Source: Phoronis australis
Lineage: Eukaryota; Animalia; Phoronida
NCBI GenBank assembly: GCA_002633005.1
Contig: NMRA01000294.1
Span: forward strand, 240,948 to 304,947
Reading direction: 5' to 3'
DNA length: 64,000 bases
The first letter of the stretch is position 1. Each line of letters starts with the position of its first letter. Shown here piece after piece: positions 27,638 through 40,429 of this stretch. A model generated the notes under the pieces. The model did no database searches. It was not told where the DNA came from and worked only from the letters and a program-made list of their open reading frames with translations. The position numbers and the translations under genes are program-made.

Positions 27638-28449
27638 ATTTCTAGGATCTTTTAAGTGTCTATAAACCACCACATAAACCACTGCCCCGTTGCTTGAGAC
27701 TGACTTTCCAATGCTGCGAATCGGCCGGGCCAATTAAACATCAGCTGAGAGTAATCCGAATGCCGTGCACTTACATTAAGTGGCTTATCATTCTCTCTTC
27801 CCACCATACGTCTGGTCATCATTCTTTTTCACCCACAAATATATGTCGAGAATCTACGAGCTCACGTGATTTATCTTTGTCATTGCATCTCGTGGAGTAT
27901 GAGAATCAAGACTTATTGCCTTACTTCCTTTATCTCAACTGAAATCTATACGCAGTAAATTGTTACGATTTGATGTATTTTGTACATCCGTATATCTCAT
28001 ACAAATGCTATTTATGCCATGCTTCTATGTGTATATGCATATGTATATGATTATGGTTATGGTTATCTCAGGTACAGAGGAATACTACTGCCATATCTTA
28101 TCGAGAATTTCATCTTTGGTCTCGTTGGGACAATGCCAGAAGAAATGAAATCGAGATAGGAAATTGCAATAGTATTCCCATGTAGCTATGTATGGACTTA
28201 TTTGCGTCGCGGCGATATCTTGCTGCCGTGTGCTTTGGCTTGTTGTTCTATGACATACTGCTAAGCACAGTACCGCGCAAGTTAAGCGACAAGATTTCTG
28301 TAAAAGTGCTGAATAACTAGTAAATTCATTTCGTAATGACTTTGTAAGAATTTTTTTTTATTTGTTTGAGTTTCTATTTTCTGTTCTCGATCTCTAGAAT
28401 ATTACCAGGTCATTTGGACCAAGAGGGCAATATTGCACGAAGCCAAAGG

Positions 28450-28542
28450 TCCTCCCCCTCTTTCCGTTCCTCCTTCCGTCCCTCCCTCCGGCCTCCCCTC
28501 CCTCCCCGTCCATCCTTCCCGCTCCACCCCGTTACCTTCTCT
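28450..28542. repeat. Polypyrimidine low-complexity tract (TCCC/TCCG-like)
   Basis: Directly visible; G-rich on the minus strand. Confidence 0.8.
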
Positions 28543-29759
28543 GTACAAATCTTGATGATGCAAAAATATGTCCAACAGACATCGGCCTGAATGCCTGAGA
28601 CGATTTCTAATATTACACGTTACGTAGGAGCTATTCCTAATTTAGCTTAGTGAATTATAGTGAGCTTTTTGACATTTATTTGATGCTGTAAAACACGTAA
28701 CTAATCTTCTATTATAATATCTCAGTGACATTTACGTATCGAGTGCCACTGGTATTTAGTAGGTCGAGAACATTTTATAGCGAATACTTGAATTAAGTGA
28801 CACGAGAGAGTACAGGGTTTTTGAAGCACTCCACGGACCTAATGTAAGATGCCGATAAAATGATAGAGAAATTTGGTTCTGCAAAGCGCATGCGTGCTCC
28901 ACAGCCTATGTGTTGCGATCGTCTGGTACACATCGCACGGCACACACAAACACATCACTCTCCATAACTTGCAGTCGGCTCATTTAAAGTCATAAAATAT
29001 ATAATAAATCCGTAGTGTGTATTTTCACTGTCTGAGAACGATTTCGACAATTACAATTTTAGGGGGGCACCCTGATGCCCGCGGAGATCTTAAGTTATTT
29101 CAAGTGGGGCAATAAATTGAATACTCGCTTATACAGCAGGATATAACCACATTTCAAGACATTGATGTAACAATCTATACATAGTTCGGTTACAATGGAG
29201 AATAAACAATATCGCCCATGGGATATACATGTGCATACCCCTTTCATAAACGACTTTACTCTTTGACGGCGTTTTCGCTACCACTTTCGCTAGTGGAAAG
29301 AGTGCTGCCAGTCATGTGGCAGACCCTTTACTTCAAAGGCCACGCATGCGCTGATGAGGGGCCTTTATTCTTCGTCACATTAATCAAAACTTATGGCAGA
29401 GAGTGAACGTGCTTTGACATCAATTTAATACAAATGCTATTCCGTGGCGTGAAAACAAACTAATTCCTGGCGAAAATGACCCCCTACCGTACAGGTCGTC
29501 TGCCTAACCAAAACTCGAATTGTTTGAAATATTCTGGGACATCCCTTGTTAAAAGGACACCAAACCCGGTTTTGGCCTATTAACAGATATTAAAAAATTT
29601 CGTTCCCATCTATTCCTCTAAAACAAAAAAGGTTTGTAATCCTCGACAACCTTCAAATAATTCTAGCAAAATTTGACAATAGACAACATCAGCTAGCGTG
29701 TCACGTGATTTGAACTGAGTATTCACAGGTTCACCAAAACGAGGCTCCTGTCTATTACA

Positions 29760-30170
29760 ATGCGTTTTCCAGTTCTTCGTCGTGTTCTTGCTGCAAAATC
29801 ATGTGAGTTGCTGCAGTTGTTTCACCAGTAACGCAAAAGACTGGACAAAATCTCCGAGAAACTTTTCCAAGGAGTTGGTTGACAGTATCTCATGCTGGTT
29901 GAACAGCGGAAGAAGGAAAAACACCGGGGACAAAATTTTTTTCCGAGAGAACTACGTCCATTCATTGTTTGCTGTTGTGGAATCCGAGTCCATACTAGCG
30001 AAAGCTCGGTGTTGTTGGTTATTCAAGAAGATCCGCATTTAGTGTACATGAAGTTCAGTAATCAGGAAGGCTGTTCTGAAATCGAAAAGGCCTCAGTGTT
30101 CGTACACAGGAGGAAGCGGTGGCCACTTCAGTCACGTGTTCGCTGCTTTTCTGTGGCAATAACTGAGGAG
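29760..30170 (+). pseudogene. SWIM zinc-finger stub of a transposon accessory protein (SWIM-YqaJ type, ISL2EU-like)
   Basis: GDKIFFRENYV..ILAKARC..KK/DPHLV..EIEKA is followed by CSYTGGSGGHFSHVFAAFLWQ (30097-30159), a decayed CxCxAGxxGxCxHV motif. Confidence 0.6.
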
Positions 30171-30877
30171 TGAAGACTTTGCAACTGCATTGTCTCCATA
30201 AATGATCAATTTGCTATCTACAATTGGCATAATAATTTGAAGTGTTTGCATGAAATCACCGTGAGGGTTGAACACCGTTACGTGATTAAATAGTTCATTG
30301 TCATCTGCTGTACTTTTACTTTTAAAACGTTTGACAGAAAGTCTATGAGTACATGGCAACACCATTGGTAGGTCGTCCTCGTATTTTTTGGATTTTCTTG
30401 ACTGTTTCCCGATTGTGAGTGACCTTCCCTCTCAGATGCTGAATCAGTTTCTTCGTTTTTTTTTTCTTGTCCCGCCTGCTCAAGCTTAAAAGTTGTTGCT
30501 TTTACTTTCTTTTTTTGCACTTCTTCAGTTTTGTCCACTTTGTAATTACACTTAAAACAAGAGGGAACTGCTTCGCTTTTTATTCTTCATTTCTGTAAGT
30601 CTTGGTTGATAAAACCCTCCGGGTAAAAGTGAGCACTATAGATTTTGGTGTGAGCATCCATGTTAAAATACACTGAATTTATTCTCATTTTTTGTAATCC
30701 ATGGTAAAAGAAGTGGCTTATTGTCCATAGGTAGTCCGAAAATCTTCTCTGTAATTTTCTTGTGCACCGCAAAAGCAAAAATGCGGTATCTTCGTTTTGA
30801 CAGTACACACACTTCCGATTTTGTGTTGATGCAACCCCCAGTTCAGGTCACATGACATCGCAGCGCGCTTTAGCCAT
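30171..30877 (-). pseudogene. THAP-transposase N-terminal stub (ISL2EU/Harbinger-related)
   Basis: FGLPMDNKPLLLPWITK, HTKIYSAHFYPEGF and KSEAVPSCF (AVP box at 30571-30563) form a THAP domain. DDNELFNHVTVF..F....P...LIIYG resembles the DxxxxFYTGFxxY..LxYW pre-HTH region. Confidence 0.6.
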
Positions 30878-31509
30878 TTCAGTCTATAAGTCTGCTAAAC
30901 GGGCAAGCGTGACCTACGCTCTAGGCGAGTCACACAGAAACTGTGGGAAGGATCACCCATCAAGTACCATAACAATCTGTGACAAAAAGTGAGAGATTTT
31001 AGTTGAATCCTGATTTTACCACTCAAGTGGGATAAATTATGAATAACAGTGCGGATAGCACAGAAAGCATTCACCGGTATCAAGTAGCGCGAGTCCGGAG
31101 ACTGACGGTTTGCTCTTTTCCAAAGATGACGTCAATACACTGGTTGAGGCTGAATGAACAAGGAAGTGTTTGGAGAATCTGTCGAGGCCACGTCAAACGT
31201 GAGAATAACATTTGTCGTAATTGATCAGTGATTGAAAACAGAACGATGCAAATATACGTTGCACAAAAATACCTGCCTAGTACGCATGTGTAGAAGAGAT
31301 TTGACCTGCTATTTCTGTCTTTAAAACAACACCGCCATAATCAGGCGAATAACCGTTTGCTTCCGTGGATGGCGAAACATTAGATTGTCGTATACGTTTG
31401 ATACGGATCCTTGGCGCAGTAACGTTTCCCAAGTTATAGAGCAGTCTCAATAAAAAGTAAACAAAATACAATATGAAAGACTCGTTTGTATTTTTGGCGT
31501 CCGTTTGTG

Positions 31510-31935
31510 ACTACTCGGTTACACGCATCCGTCAATCAGATTTTGAAGGCTTCAAGTAACTGGCAATCTTCGCGCCAAAAGTGTTAAGGTTACGCCCTTT
31601 AACGTTCAACCAATAAGATAAAGGGTTTTGGTCACATGACAGTATCCGTGATGATTTATATTTATTTTATATCTCAGTGTCACGGCATTTAATATCCAAA
31701 TGCACAAGTCCAAGTCCATTAAAAATTGACCTATCGCAAGCTCCGCCCACTTTCGAAATGTCGACAAGCAATCAATAATTTTTTTACTTGTTGTTTGTCG
31801 GGTAAAATGGCGGCTTGTACACGAAGGTGTGTCAAGAATTCTGCGTTCTGATTGGTCAATTAAGCCGTCACTCAAAATCCTGACGACGGGTCAAATACGT
31901 CAGAAGGTGGCGCTAAGGGCGTTCTATAAGTAGTC
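31510..31935. mobile_element. Possible old MITE with degenerate TIRs
   Basis: GACTACT..ACGC..CCGTC..GATTTTGA..GGCTT at the left end is mirrored at 31862-31935. Confidence 0.3.
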
Positions 31936-32550
31936 TTGACGAAATCCCGATAAATAGCAGACAATTCTGCCCACATGTGAGTGGTTTCGTAATTCCCAAC
32001 CCAACGATGCTGTGCATTGTCCGAAAAAAATCCTGGTAGTTTTCATCAATGCGTTCTAACCTCAGGGGTTGAAAACGATTCCGCTTACGATGTTTTTGAA
32101 TCCTAATCTCGGGCTAACAAACAATCCACCACACCGTTAAATAGCACATACGTTCAAAAATGCCTCCTGCCCAGTAACAAAATTCCAATCCTGGCACCAA
32201 TCTCGGGCATACTTTCCGGAGGTTTTCCGGATTTCGCGGTGGACGTGTATCAGCCATTTTGAAGATTTCTACTGCAGGTTTGCTGTCTGCTGATGCGTCA
32301 CTGGGCTTCAGTTACAACGTCGTGACTGAAATTCGGAGACGCGGCCACAAAATCGTTTCTACTCATGATAGTCTTCTACATCATTCAAAGTAGACTTTCA
32401 TTGCTTCGGCAAGTCAAATCAAAATAATGTTCCACCTGATTTTTCTCGTAACAGAAAAACGTCTCGGAGAGCCACGTTATTTCCGCCAGTGTACAGTTTG
32501 AGATGGCCCAAAATCAACATTCCAGATGTAGCAACTTTAAAAGAGTTCAA

Positions 32551-32886
32551 TGACTTTCTAAAATCCCTCTGAGCTGGTGGTGTGTTACAACTATTATTAA
32601 AATCTCTTGGTCTATTTACACCGACCTAGTTAGTTGTAACACGCCACCACCTCAGAGCGGTTTTAGAAAGTCTTTATGTGAAATGTATGGTCCCGAAGCA
32701 ATAAACGCATTCAGACACTTAGAGAAGGCACACACCATGATGAGTGTACCACATATCCGTGCTCGTTCTTCTAAGAACGCAGGAACATCTGACGATGGCC
32801 AGAGAACAGACCGACCGAAACGTCGTGTCAGTGTAAATAGACAAGAGGTAGGTGTAAATAGACCAAGAAATTTTAATGATAGTTGG
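32551..32886 (+). mobile_element. Miniature Penelope-like insertion with inverted 5' segment and 12-bp TSD
   Basis: AAAAGAGTTCAA is a direct repeat at 32539-32550 and 32887-32898. 32551-32627 is the reverse complement of 32846-32885 joined to 32637-32672. It contains a minimal hammerhead and MYGPEAINAFRHLEK, which resembles Penelope ORF N-termini (YG..xxxxRxLEK). Confidence 0.75.
32785..32828 (+). ncRNA. Minimal type I hammerhead ribozyme motif (Penelope-type)
   Basis: ACAT-CTGACGA-t-GGCC..GACC-GAAA-CG-TC-GTGT. Both conserved core boxes are present. Stem I is 4 bp (one G-U), stem II has one mismatch, and stem III is the palindrome ACGU. Predicted cleavage is after GUC at 32824. Confidence 0.7.
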
Positions 32887-33959
32887 AAAAGAGTTCAAGT
32901 GGCGGTCTTTGATTGAAAAGAAGTTCTGGTATGAATTACAAGACTGTTTTATTAGTAATTTGGCATTGGGGGACAGATATACGTATTTCATAATCTAAAT
33001 TAGCTCAGTTGCTCCTTTCGTTGTGAATGGCTTGTTTCCCTAACATCAATCATTTTAATGAATTAAAACTGCTAAGTCCCCACTTTTGTATTTGCAAATT
33101 TAGTGAACATAAACAATCAAAAGGACACTGAGAAATGAAGCTATATGATAAATAACCCATAGGTTAATCGTTTAGATGTCTCATACATTGATTTTACTAT
33201 ACGCAGTTTTGTAACGCCGCCGTCATGCATGGCGAAGAAGTGAGTCGTCTCCCATGTCGGATAATTCGAACTGTGTGCGTGAGAATGTGCTGGACCGCAA
33301 TACAATGCGCGCTATGTGAATGAAACAACATAGTGGTCGTCACAAGATTCTTAAGCTCAGAATCTATCAATTAAGGCATAAAGGACGGTTGGAGCCTCGC
33401 GAAGGATTGAGCTATTCTACTGACATATTCTGGTTCAGAAGATGAAGCTTCTATCAACTCCAGCTGTTTTAGTTATTGTTGCATTTCTAGGACATTGTTC
33501 TTAGAGTACTTTGCCCTTATAAAGACTCGGATATGTACCTTAACTTTTTTTACTGCACTTCTGGACTCGTGAACACCCTTTTTCAGGTTGTTTTATTGTC
33601 ATAATCTATTTTATTCTGCACTCATAACACTTTTGAAAATAAGGGGGTTCTTTTCGTGCAACGACCCCTAATTTAAGGACTATTCATATTGTTCATTGAA
33701 ATGACGGAAGAAACAAATACGCAAAATGATTTGGGGAACTTAGTTGGGTGCTTCTTTGGGACTGTGTCATGAAACTGGGCATTGGTTGAGGTCATCTAGG
33801 TTGACTTGGGTGTCGTGTTGACAACTGCTTCGAACGGACCCCCCCCCGCGACGTTGTAACCAAGATCTAGGTCGAGTCGAATCCATGATGGTACTAGAGG
33901 CTACATGCGAGACAAAGGAGGGTTTCAGATCTGGACAGAACAGAGCAGAGACCAAATGA

Positions 33960-34440
33960 TGGAGCTTTTTATCCAGAACAACTTTAACGAACTACTGAAT
34001 AGCACTTGAGTCAGCGACAATGCATTTTGTTCACAGAATTGCTATTAAACCTGGACCATCACATTCCATTCATGTTGACCTGCAAAGATCCATGCCTGCC
34101 GTGGCTTAAGTCTTTTAAAAAGTGTTTAAACCACCATTTACCTTGTTTTGACAAGCGACTACATTGTCAGCACCATTTAATTTGCATTTGTAGCAATGAC
34201 TATCATAAAAGCAAGAAAGCAGAAGAAAGTCGAGTTCAATTGAAAACTTCTTGTTTGCAACGTATGGACGTACAGGTGTACCCAGCGCCAATGGGCCATG
34301 TCTACCAACACGGGAGTTTCGTGTACAATCTCGTGCCATATCCACGATTCTCTGATGTCCCACAGGAAAGTGAAGAGAGCCACAGTGTGCTAAGTTACTG
34401 AGTTGTGAGAACTACAACAAACGCAACCCCTCGCTGTTCT
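33960..34440 (-). pseudogene. Second degraded THAP/Kolobok-type transposase stub
   Basis: RGCVCCSSHN..VALFTFLWD...WIW...V is THAP-like. It is followed by KKFSIELDFLLL..CYKC..GSLQV..ECDG..VNKM. Termini were not found. Confidence 0.45.
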
Positions 34441-35488
34441 TTATTATACCATAAACCACGGGAAAACGAGCAGCGACATCTGACGACTTTACACATTAGA
34501 CTGGAGGATGACTAATGCTGATATTGGTTGTCCCGATTCTACGTACTTGTAATATGTATCAGCTAGCAGATCATCAGATGGTGTTTGTGGGTGTTCAAAT
34601 TTGACAGTTGATCTACTGGTGGGGTTGCTTTTTGGTGATTTGATTCGAAATTTTAAAAATGGATATGGAAAGCGTGCAACTGTAAGTGGCGCACGGATAC
34701 CACTTGACGATACAACACGTCTACACTCTGCCAAAACTGACTGGGCACTGTGGGAAGTGCATTATTTCGCTTGCCACGTAGCAAAACAACACTAAATACT
34801 GTCAAAACTGACTGCGTAGTGCATTATTTCGCTTACCGTAACTACATGTACATAAACTTAGCCCGTCGTGTATTCATATTTCCTGTGTGTATGGCTATAG
34901 TTTCAATCATAGCTGTTACGGAAGTACATTAGTTTTTGAAAGATCTTATGCTGTCAATTTGCTGACAGGCTATGAAGCTCTGATCGAGTGAGACAACAGA
35001 ATAAACGTCGACTGTTAAAATTTACTGCTAAAGAGGTGAATGACAAAAAATACGATGTTATTATAAATAGGAAACAACGGCGAGTCACGTGATTATTGAA
35101 GATACTGTATTTTTTTAAACAAACTGGACAGATTTCGACAGAACTCTGCCAGACGCCATCAAAATATGATGATTGTCCGAATTATGTGACTTTTTAGTTG
35201 AATTTTGTCGCATTTTTGTGAGAGTTTAGTGCTACTAACCGTATTTTTGCGAATGCCCATGCAGAGAAAGTTGTCGCGATTGCGATAAAAGGCGTGGAGC
35301 AACACATGTCGCGATGTCGAGATATAGGCAGAATTGAAATAGATTCCATTCAGAGAAAAATGAATGTTTAGCCGTGGTTTATGAATCGAAACTTTGTCAG
35401 ATTTTGTCGCTGTCAATTTCATTTTGAAAACCACTGCATTCATACGCAGACACGCTGATTGAGGGTATTAATTAGAGCTCTGTGTACC

Positions 35489-35616
35489 GACGCACTTGGA
35501 TGTAGGCAAGTTGCACCAGGGGCAAATTTAACGGCATAGACAAAACTAGGACACAGGTTTGACAACTCACACCACCTCTCCGAGTTAGTGCAACTTGCCC
35601 GCTTCAAGCTCCCGTC
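35489..35616. repeat. Short inverted repeat, possibly a tiny MITE
   Basis: CTTGGATGTAGGCAAGTTGCACCA versus TAGTGCAACTTGCCCGCTTCAAG: ~30-bp imperfect arms with a ~70-bp spacer. Confidence 0.6.
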
Positions 35617-38600
35617 TGAACCGCAAATTGGGACAAAGCGGAAGTAATTATCAATCCAATACGCTTAAACTTGGAACTTAGCAAATTTTCCGAATGAAGC
35701 CATGTTGCATGTATCAATTTTTCTACACTCATTAATCGAGAAATTATTAGTTTATCCAAAACTTTTGGGAATTGTGAGTAAGCGTTGTTAAAAGCGGAGT
35801 ATTATTTGAGTGTCTAGAAAAGCTCTGTTCTCCGTTCTGCGATTATTGTGCAGTAAAAAAGGATGTGACTTAAAGTTTCAACTGCAACATAATGGTCATA
35901 TGTCACGGTTTGTCTAAAGTAGTCGCTGTTAAGGAACAATCCGCATTTTAATTTGCATCAGCTAATTTCATGATTGCGGGGCACATAAAATAATGTTCAG
36001 GACTCTGGCAAGTCTGAAGCAGTGGTATGCTGTTGGAAGTTATGCTTTTATGTTTTGTTTTAATGTAGTCGGTAAGAAATTCTAGGCATTGAATGCAAGT
36101 CATTACGGTGGAACCCAGTCTTAAAGGTCTTGCTGGGAGAAGGGGAAATACATGTAGGTTAACTGCGTCGTAGTCCAGCTCTAGTGCTTTAATTGTAAGA
36201 GTCAAATAGGGTTTTATTTGAATAGTTGTTTATGTTGTTTAATACTTTAAATGTGTGAATGGACGTGTGAGGTTCACGACGAGTAGTTTGTTTTTTCCAG
36301 TTCAGACTACTTAGGACCTTGATTGTGTCAAACCTTTGTATGATCCGGTTATGGCTAAAGCTGACTAGTCTTGTAGTCTGTCTAACTGAACAAGTACATG
36401 TATGCCTGCCTTCGATGACTGTTATAAGGTATCAAAATGTCTAGTTCTAGGAGAAAGAAGGATTTCAAGATGCGTGGAGTTCACATGGCGAGAAACGATT
36501 TTAATTGGATTAAATAACTTCTGTACATTTTCAACAAGTTCACGACTGTGAGGTGTGAATGTAAGTTTTTCATCCAATAATATGCCAAAGTGCGGTTTAT
36601 GTGTGTGTGTGTTTTTGAAACTTCTCGATCAAGTGATAGGTCGAAGTTTGTGTAATAGTCAATGTTGTTTAATTTAGGAAATGTTAAGTCAAAACATTTT
36701 TCAGGTTTAAATTTTATCCTTCATTTATGAGACAAGTCAGAAAGTTTGTTCAGGTCAGATTTTAATTGTAGAGAGTATACAGAGGATGCTCATTTGTCAA
36801 TGAATAGCTGTATAATCAGCGTATAAAACTTTACTGAAATATCGCAAAATGTTGCTTCTTTGAACTCCCGTCACTGTGCAGTTGTGTGCCCAGTAATGCT
36901 AAACTTACCAGAATTACATGCGCAGTGATTTCAACCCTGCACCACTTCCTTCACACACCGATCGTGGAATAAAATTGTTAACATGCGACTGTCGGATAGA
37001 CTCAAGTTGCCGTTCTATATGTAATGCTGCAGTCTTGGTCATGTTTACTTTTTACCGTGTAAGTCTAATTGAGCAAAAAAACTAGGGACGTTGATCCCAA
37101 TGTACAATGTAATTCATGCAACAGTAAGTAACTGACAATTCCCCTGTGTACTCTTAGGGAGAGTGCATGAAACATCAAACCGAGTTATTGGAAAATAAAC
37201 AACTATTCTAAGACCACAAAAACTATACAAAATTACGTTACATTTTTATCATGTTTTCTCCTTTGTTATGTTATCAATTGGCTCATTTATTGACTGAAAA
37301 GTTTTGTTTAAAATTATTTTTTTCGAAATCTTTCCGGTTTCAATGGCCGCACATCTTATGAACTTGCTCACCAACTGACCGAAGACATGACTTTGTGTGT
37401 TGCAATTACAAGCGTATAACAAGTTACGTATTTTGTACCTTTAAAATTTGAAATTTAGGAATTTAGTCTGTAGGCTAACCTTTCGTAAAGAATCTGGTTG
37501 ATAGGAACATGATTTGGGTGCCAAGTTTATTTACTTCTCTAACGTAACCCCCCGGATGTATACTCAGTGAATGTGTTGTAGGATACCTGCCAAACATTTC
37601 ACGGAACGTAGATTGTCCATTAATATACACTTGATTCTGACGTGACAGGATAATGACACTGACCAGAATCAATTCGGTTTCATTTACATTGATTTCCGTA
37701 TATTGACTCTCTGTGATGTGCTGTGTGAAGAAAACGACTGCTCGATTTCATGCACATTGTTTTTTTTGTGAAACTGAGGTTCGTGTTAGCAATTTCATGG
37801 AAAATGTGTCTAAAACAGAAGAGGCTCTGGGAGTTGGAGGTTTTCCGAATACGAAAAAACAAACTAACGACAAGACATTCACGACCAGCACTCAATTCTC
37901 GTGAACATCAAGACCTGTGAATGTACAAATGTAACCTCAATCTCGTTGGTCAATTAGTCGTCTCTGTTTTAATAAAAAAATAAGATCGTTTAACCGCATT
38001 GAGTTTGAGCCCTAGAGAACGTGAAATACCATTCTTCAGTGACGAAGTACAGTGTACCCTGCTTTTGGTCAGTAGCTGTTTATGACAGTTGTGAAAAAAG
38101 CGGGTATGTTCAAGGCACGGTCACTCTTGTATCGACTCCGTGATTTAACATGCTTGTATTTTGAATTACCGTGCGACCATTAACTTAGCAATATGATAAA
38201 TTCTTCGTCTAGTGATGGCAAATGCGTCTCGGCATTATTAAAATTATCAGGCAACTTGTCACATTTCGATTTCTTTGCTGTTTTAGAATCAACGAAGGTG
38301 AAAGTCCTCATGCTGAAATGTGAGGATCCTATAGTTAAACAGTCACTGTGTTACCTAATTCTGTTTGTACGCTGGCATGACTGAAAAGCTTCTACCTTCG
38401 TCTTGGTGTCTCCTGAATATAAGGGAAGGCCACTTGATATACTTAGTTTGCTCAATATGCTTGACGCGCTCCTTTTGTGACGTGATATCTAATTTAGAGC
38501 GGCGATGAACAGAAGGCTAAAGTTCCCCAGTTAAATGTATATGTCTTGAAAGTTTCCCTCAGTGAAGGTTTTTAGTTTTGTACGAAGAAGATGATTTTTT

Positions 38601-39797
38601 ATTCATCCGTTGTTTTTAAATAAAGTTCCATAATGAGACGTGTCAGTATAACTTTAAAATATTGATATTAAGGAGTGTGTGCAGCTGCTTTTCACATTTG
38701 TGCCTCTACACATAACATAACTAGAATGAATAAGGGTCGTAGAACGAATAAGGGTCGCGGAAAACTTTCAAACCTCTACTAATTGCTATACAATGAACTT
38801 GCACAAGTCTTTAAGTATTTTCAAGAATAGTTTTAAGATGTTGGAAGTTTGGGGTATATATGCTATCTTCAGTCCTGCAGTAGACGTAACGAGGAGCACG
38901 AAAAATGAAAACATTTGTCAGACGGTTTCAACGAAAAATCGTCATTGTTTTTTCCGTGTAACACAATCCTTATGTTTGTGTTATTTCAATTGTAACTACA
39001 TCTTAAAGAGGATCATTACTTGGCGGAATTCTTCACACAACACGTAGCTTTGGAAGTACTGGAAGCCTATTTTTTTTCGTCATAATCGGATCCAAGATGG
39101 CGGATGTCGCAGCCATTTTGTTTTTCATTTTAAGATTCAAATGCTCCTGGAGGCTATAATTTTTTACGTACAGGAATGAAAATCGTCACTATTATTGGAC
39201 CGGACATGCGCTACATGTGTACTGGAAATTGTTTATTTCCGGTTAAATATGGCGGAAATGTCTGCAATTGGGGATGCGCACTTCCATTTTGGGCTAAAAA
39301 CGTTTTCTCCTGTAGAGGGCGCGTTATAAAACCAATTCCTTTGAAATTTTTCAGGTATCTGTTTTTATAGCATGCTATTATTCAAAGCTAAAAAACCGGT
39401 AGTTAGTTTCAAGACGGCGGATCTGGCGCATGTTGACCCATTTACAGTCGTGCTGGGGGTGCCATTTTAATCGGGAAGAGAAAATGACGTAAATTTTTGC
39501 ATGTAGATTCTTTGAGGTATAATCTTTCAAATGAACTGTAACAATTTTTCTCGGACTTACCGTTTTCGAGTTATTTGCCTTTAAATTTCAAAAAAACGCA
39601 AAATTTCATTTTTTTTCAAAAAAGTATGTACGTTTGCACAACTAACCTCTTAGATAGAGTTTTGAACGGGGTTTCAGAAGTTATTTTCCATTTTTTCGCT
39701 AAGATTTTTTGAATTATGTAAGGTTTTCTGATAGCACTGTTCCTTAGTTGAGCACTCTTGCTGCATTGGTGTTGGTTTAGCTTCTATTGAACATTAT

Positions 39798-40109
39798 TGT
39801 AGCATATTTCTTACTGATTTATGACATCTAAGTTCGTCATATGAATGTTATCATGTTGTTCATCATCGCCACCACCATTATCATATTCGTTATCTTCGTC
39901 ATCATCTCCGTCGTCGTCTTTTCAGTTAATTTCGCCAAGTGTCACTCAAGACTGTAGCCTATTTCTTACTGATTTCTGACCTATACGTTCGCCATATGAA
40001 TGTTATCATTACTTGTATTGTTCATCAACGCCACCATCGTCGTCATGTCCATCATCCTCGTCATCATCTCTATCGTCGTCTTTTTCGTTAATTTCGCCAA
40101 GTGTTGCTC
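39798..40109. repeat. Two diverged tandem copies of a ~155-bp unit (TCA/TCG-rich)
   Basis: 39798-39947 and 39953-40109 share TGTAGC.TATTTCTTACTGATTT..CATATGAATGTTATCAT..GTTAATTTCGCCAAGTGT. Confidence 0.85.
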
Positions 40110-40429
40110 CTCGGAGCGCTTTCATTTTGAATGTTTGCCGTGGTTGAACTCGCCCTGCTGAACGATCCACCCATACACTCATGTGCAATGAAGTAAGAGG
40201 AATTCTACATGTATGCGTTTCTATCCTGCTCATCACTGTTTCTAAACGAAACATAGATCCTAATTCAATTAAAACAAATGAAGATCGTGCTGTGTATTCT
40301 GCACTAATGAACATTTGATATATTGTTTTACAATACAATGGAATTAACATTGTCTGTGTATCATTCCGGCACCTACATGTTCAAGTAATTCTTTTAATGC
40401 GCTGTTATGAATATAGTACGAACAAGGCG

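Noticed and set aside
38640-39720. Probable non-autonomous DNA transposon region with CAAGATGGCGG-type motifs
   Set aside because: It looks repeat-like, but I could not define termini, a TSD or coding remnants.
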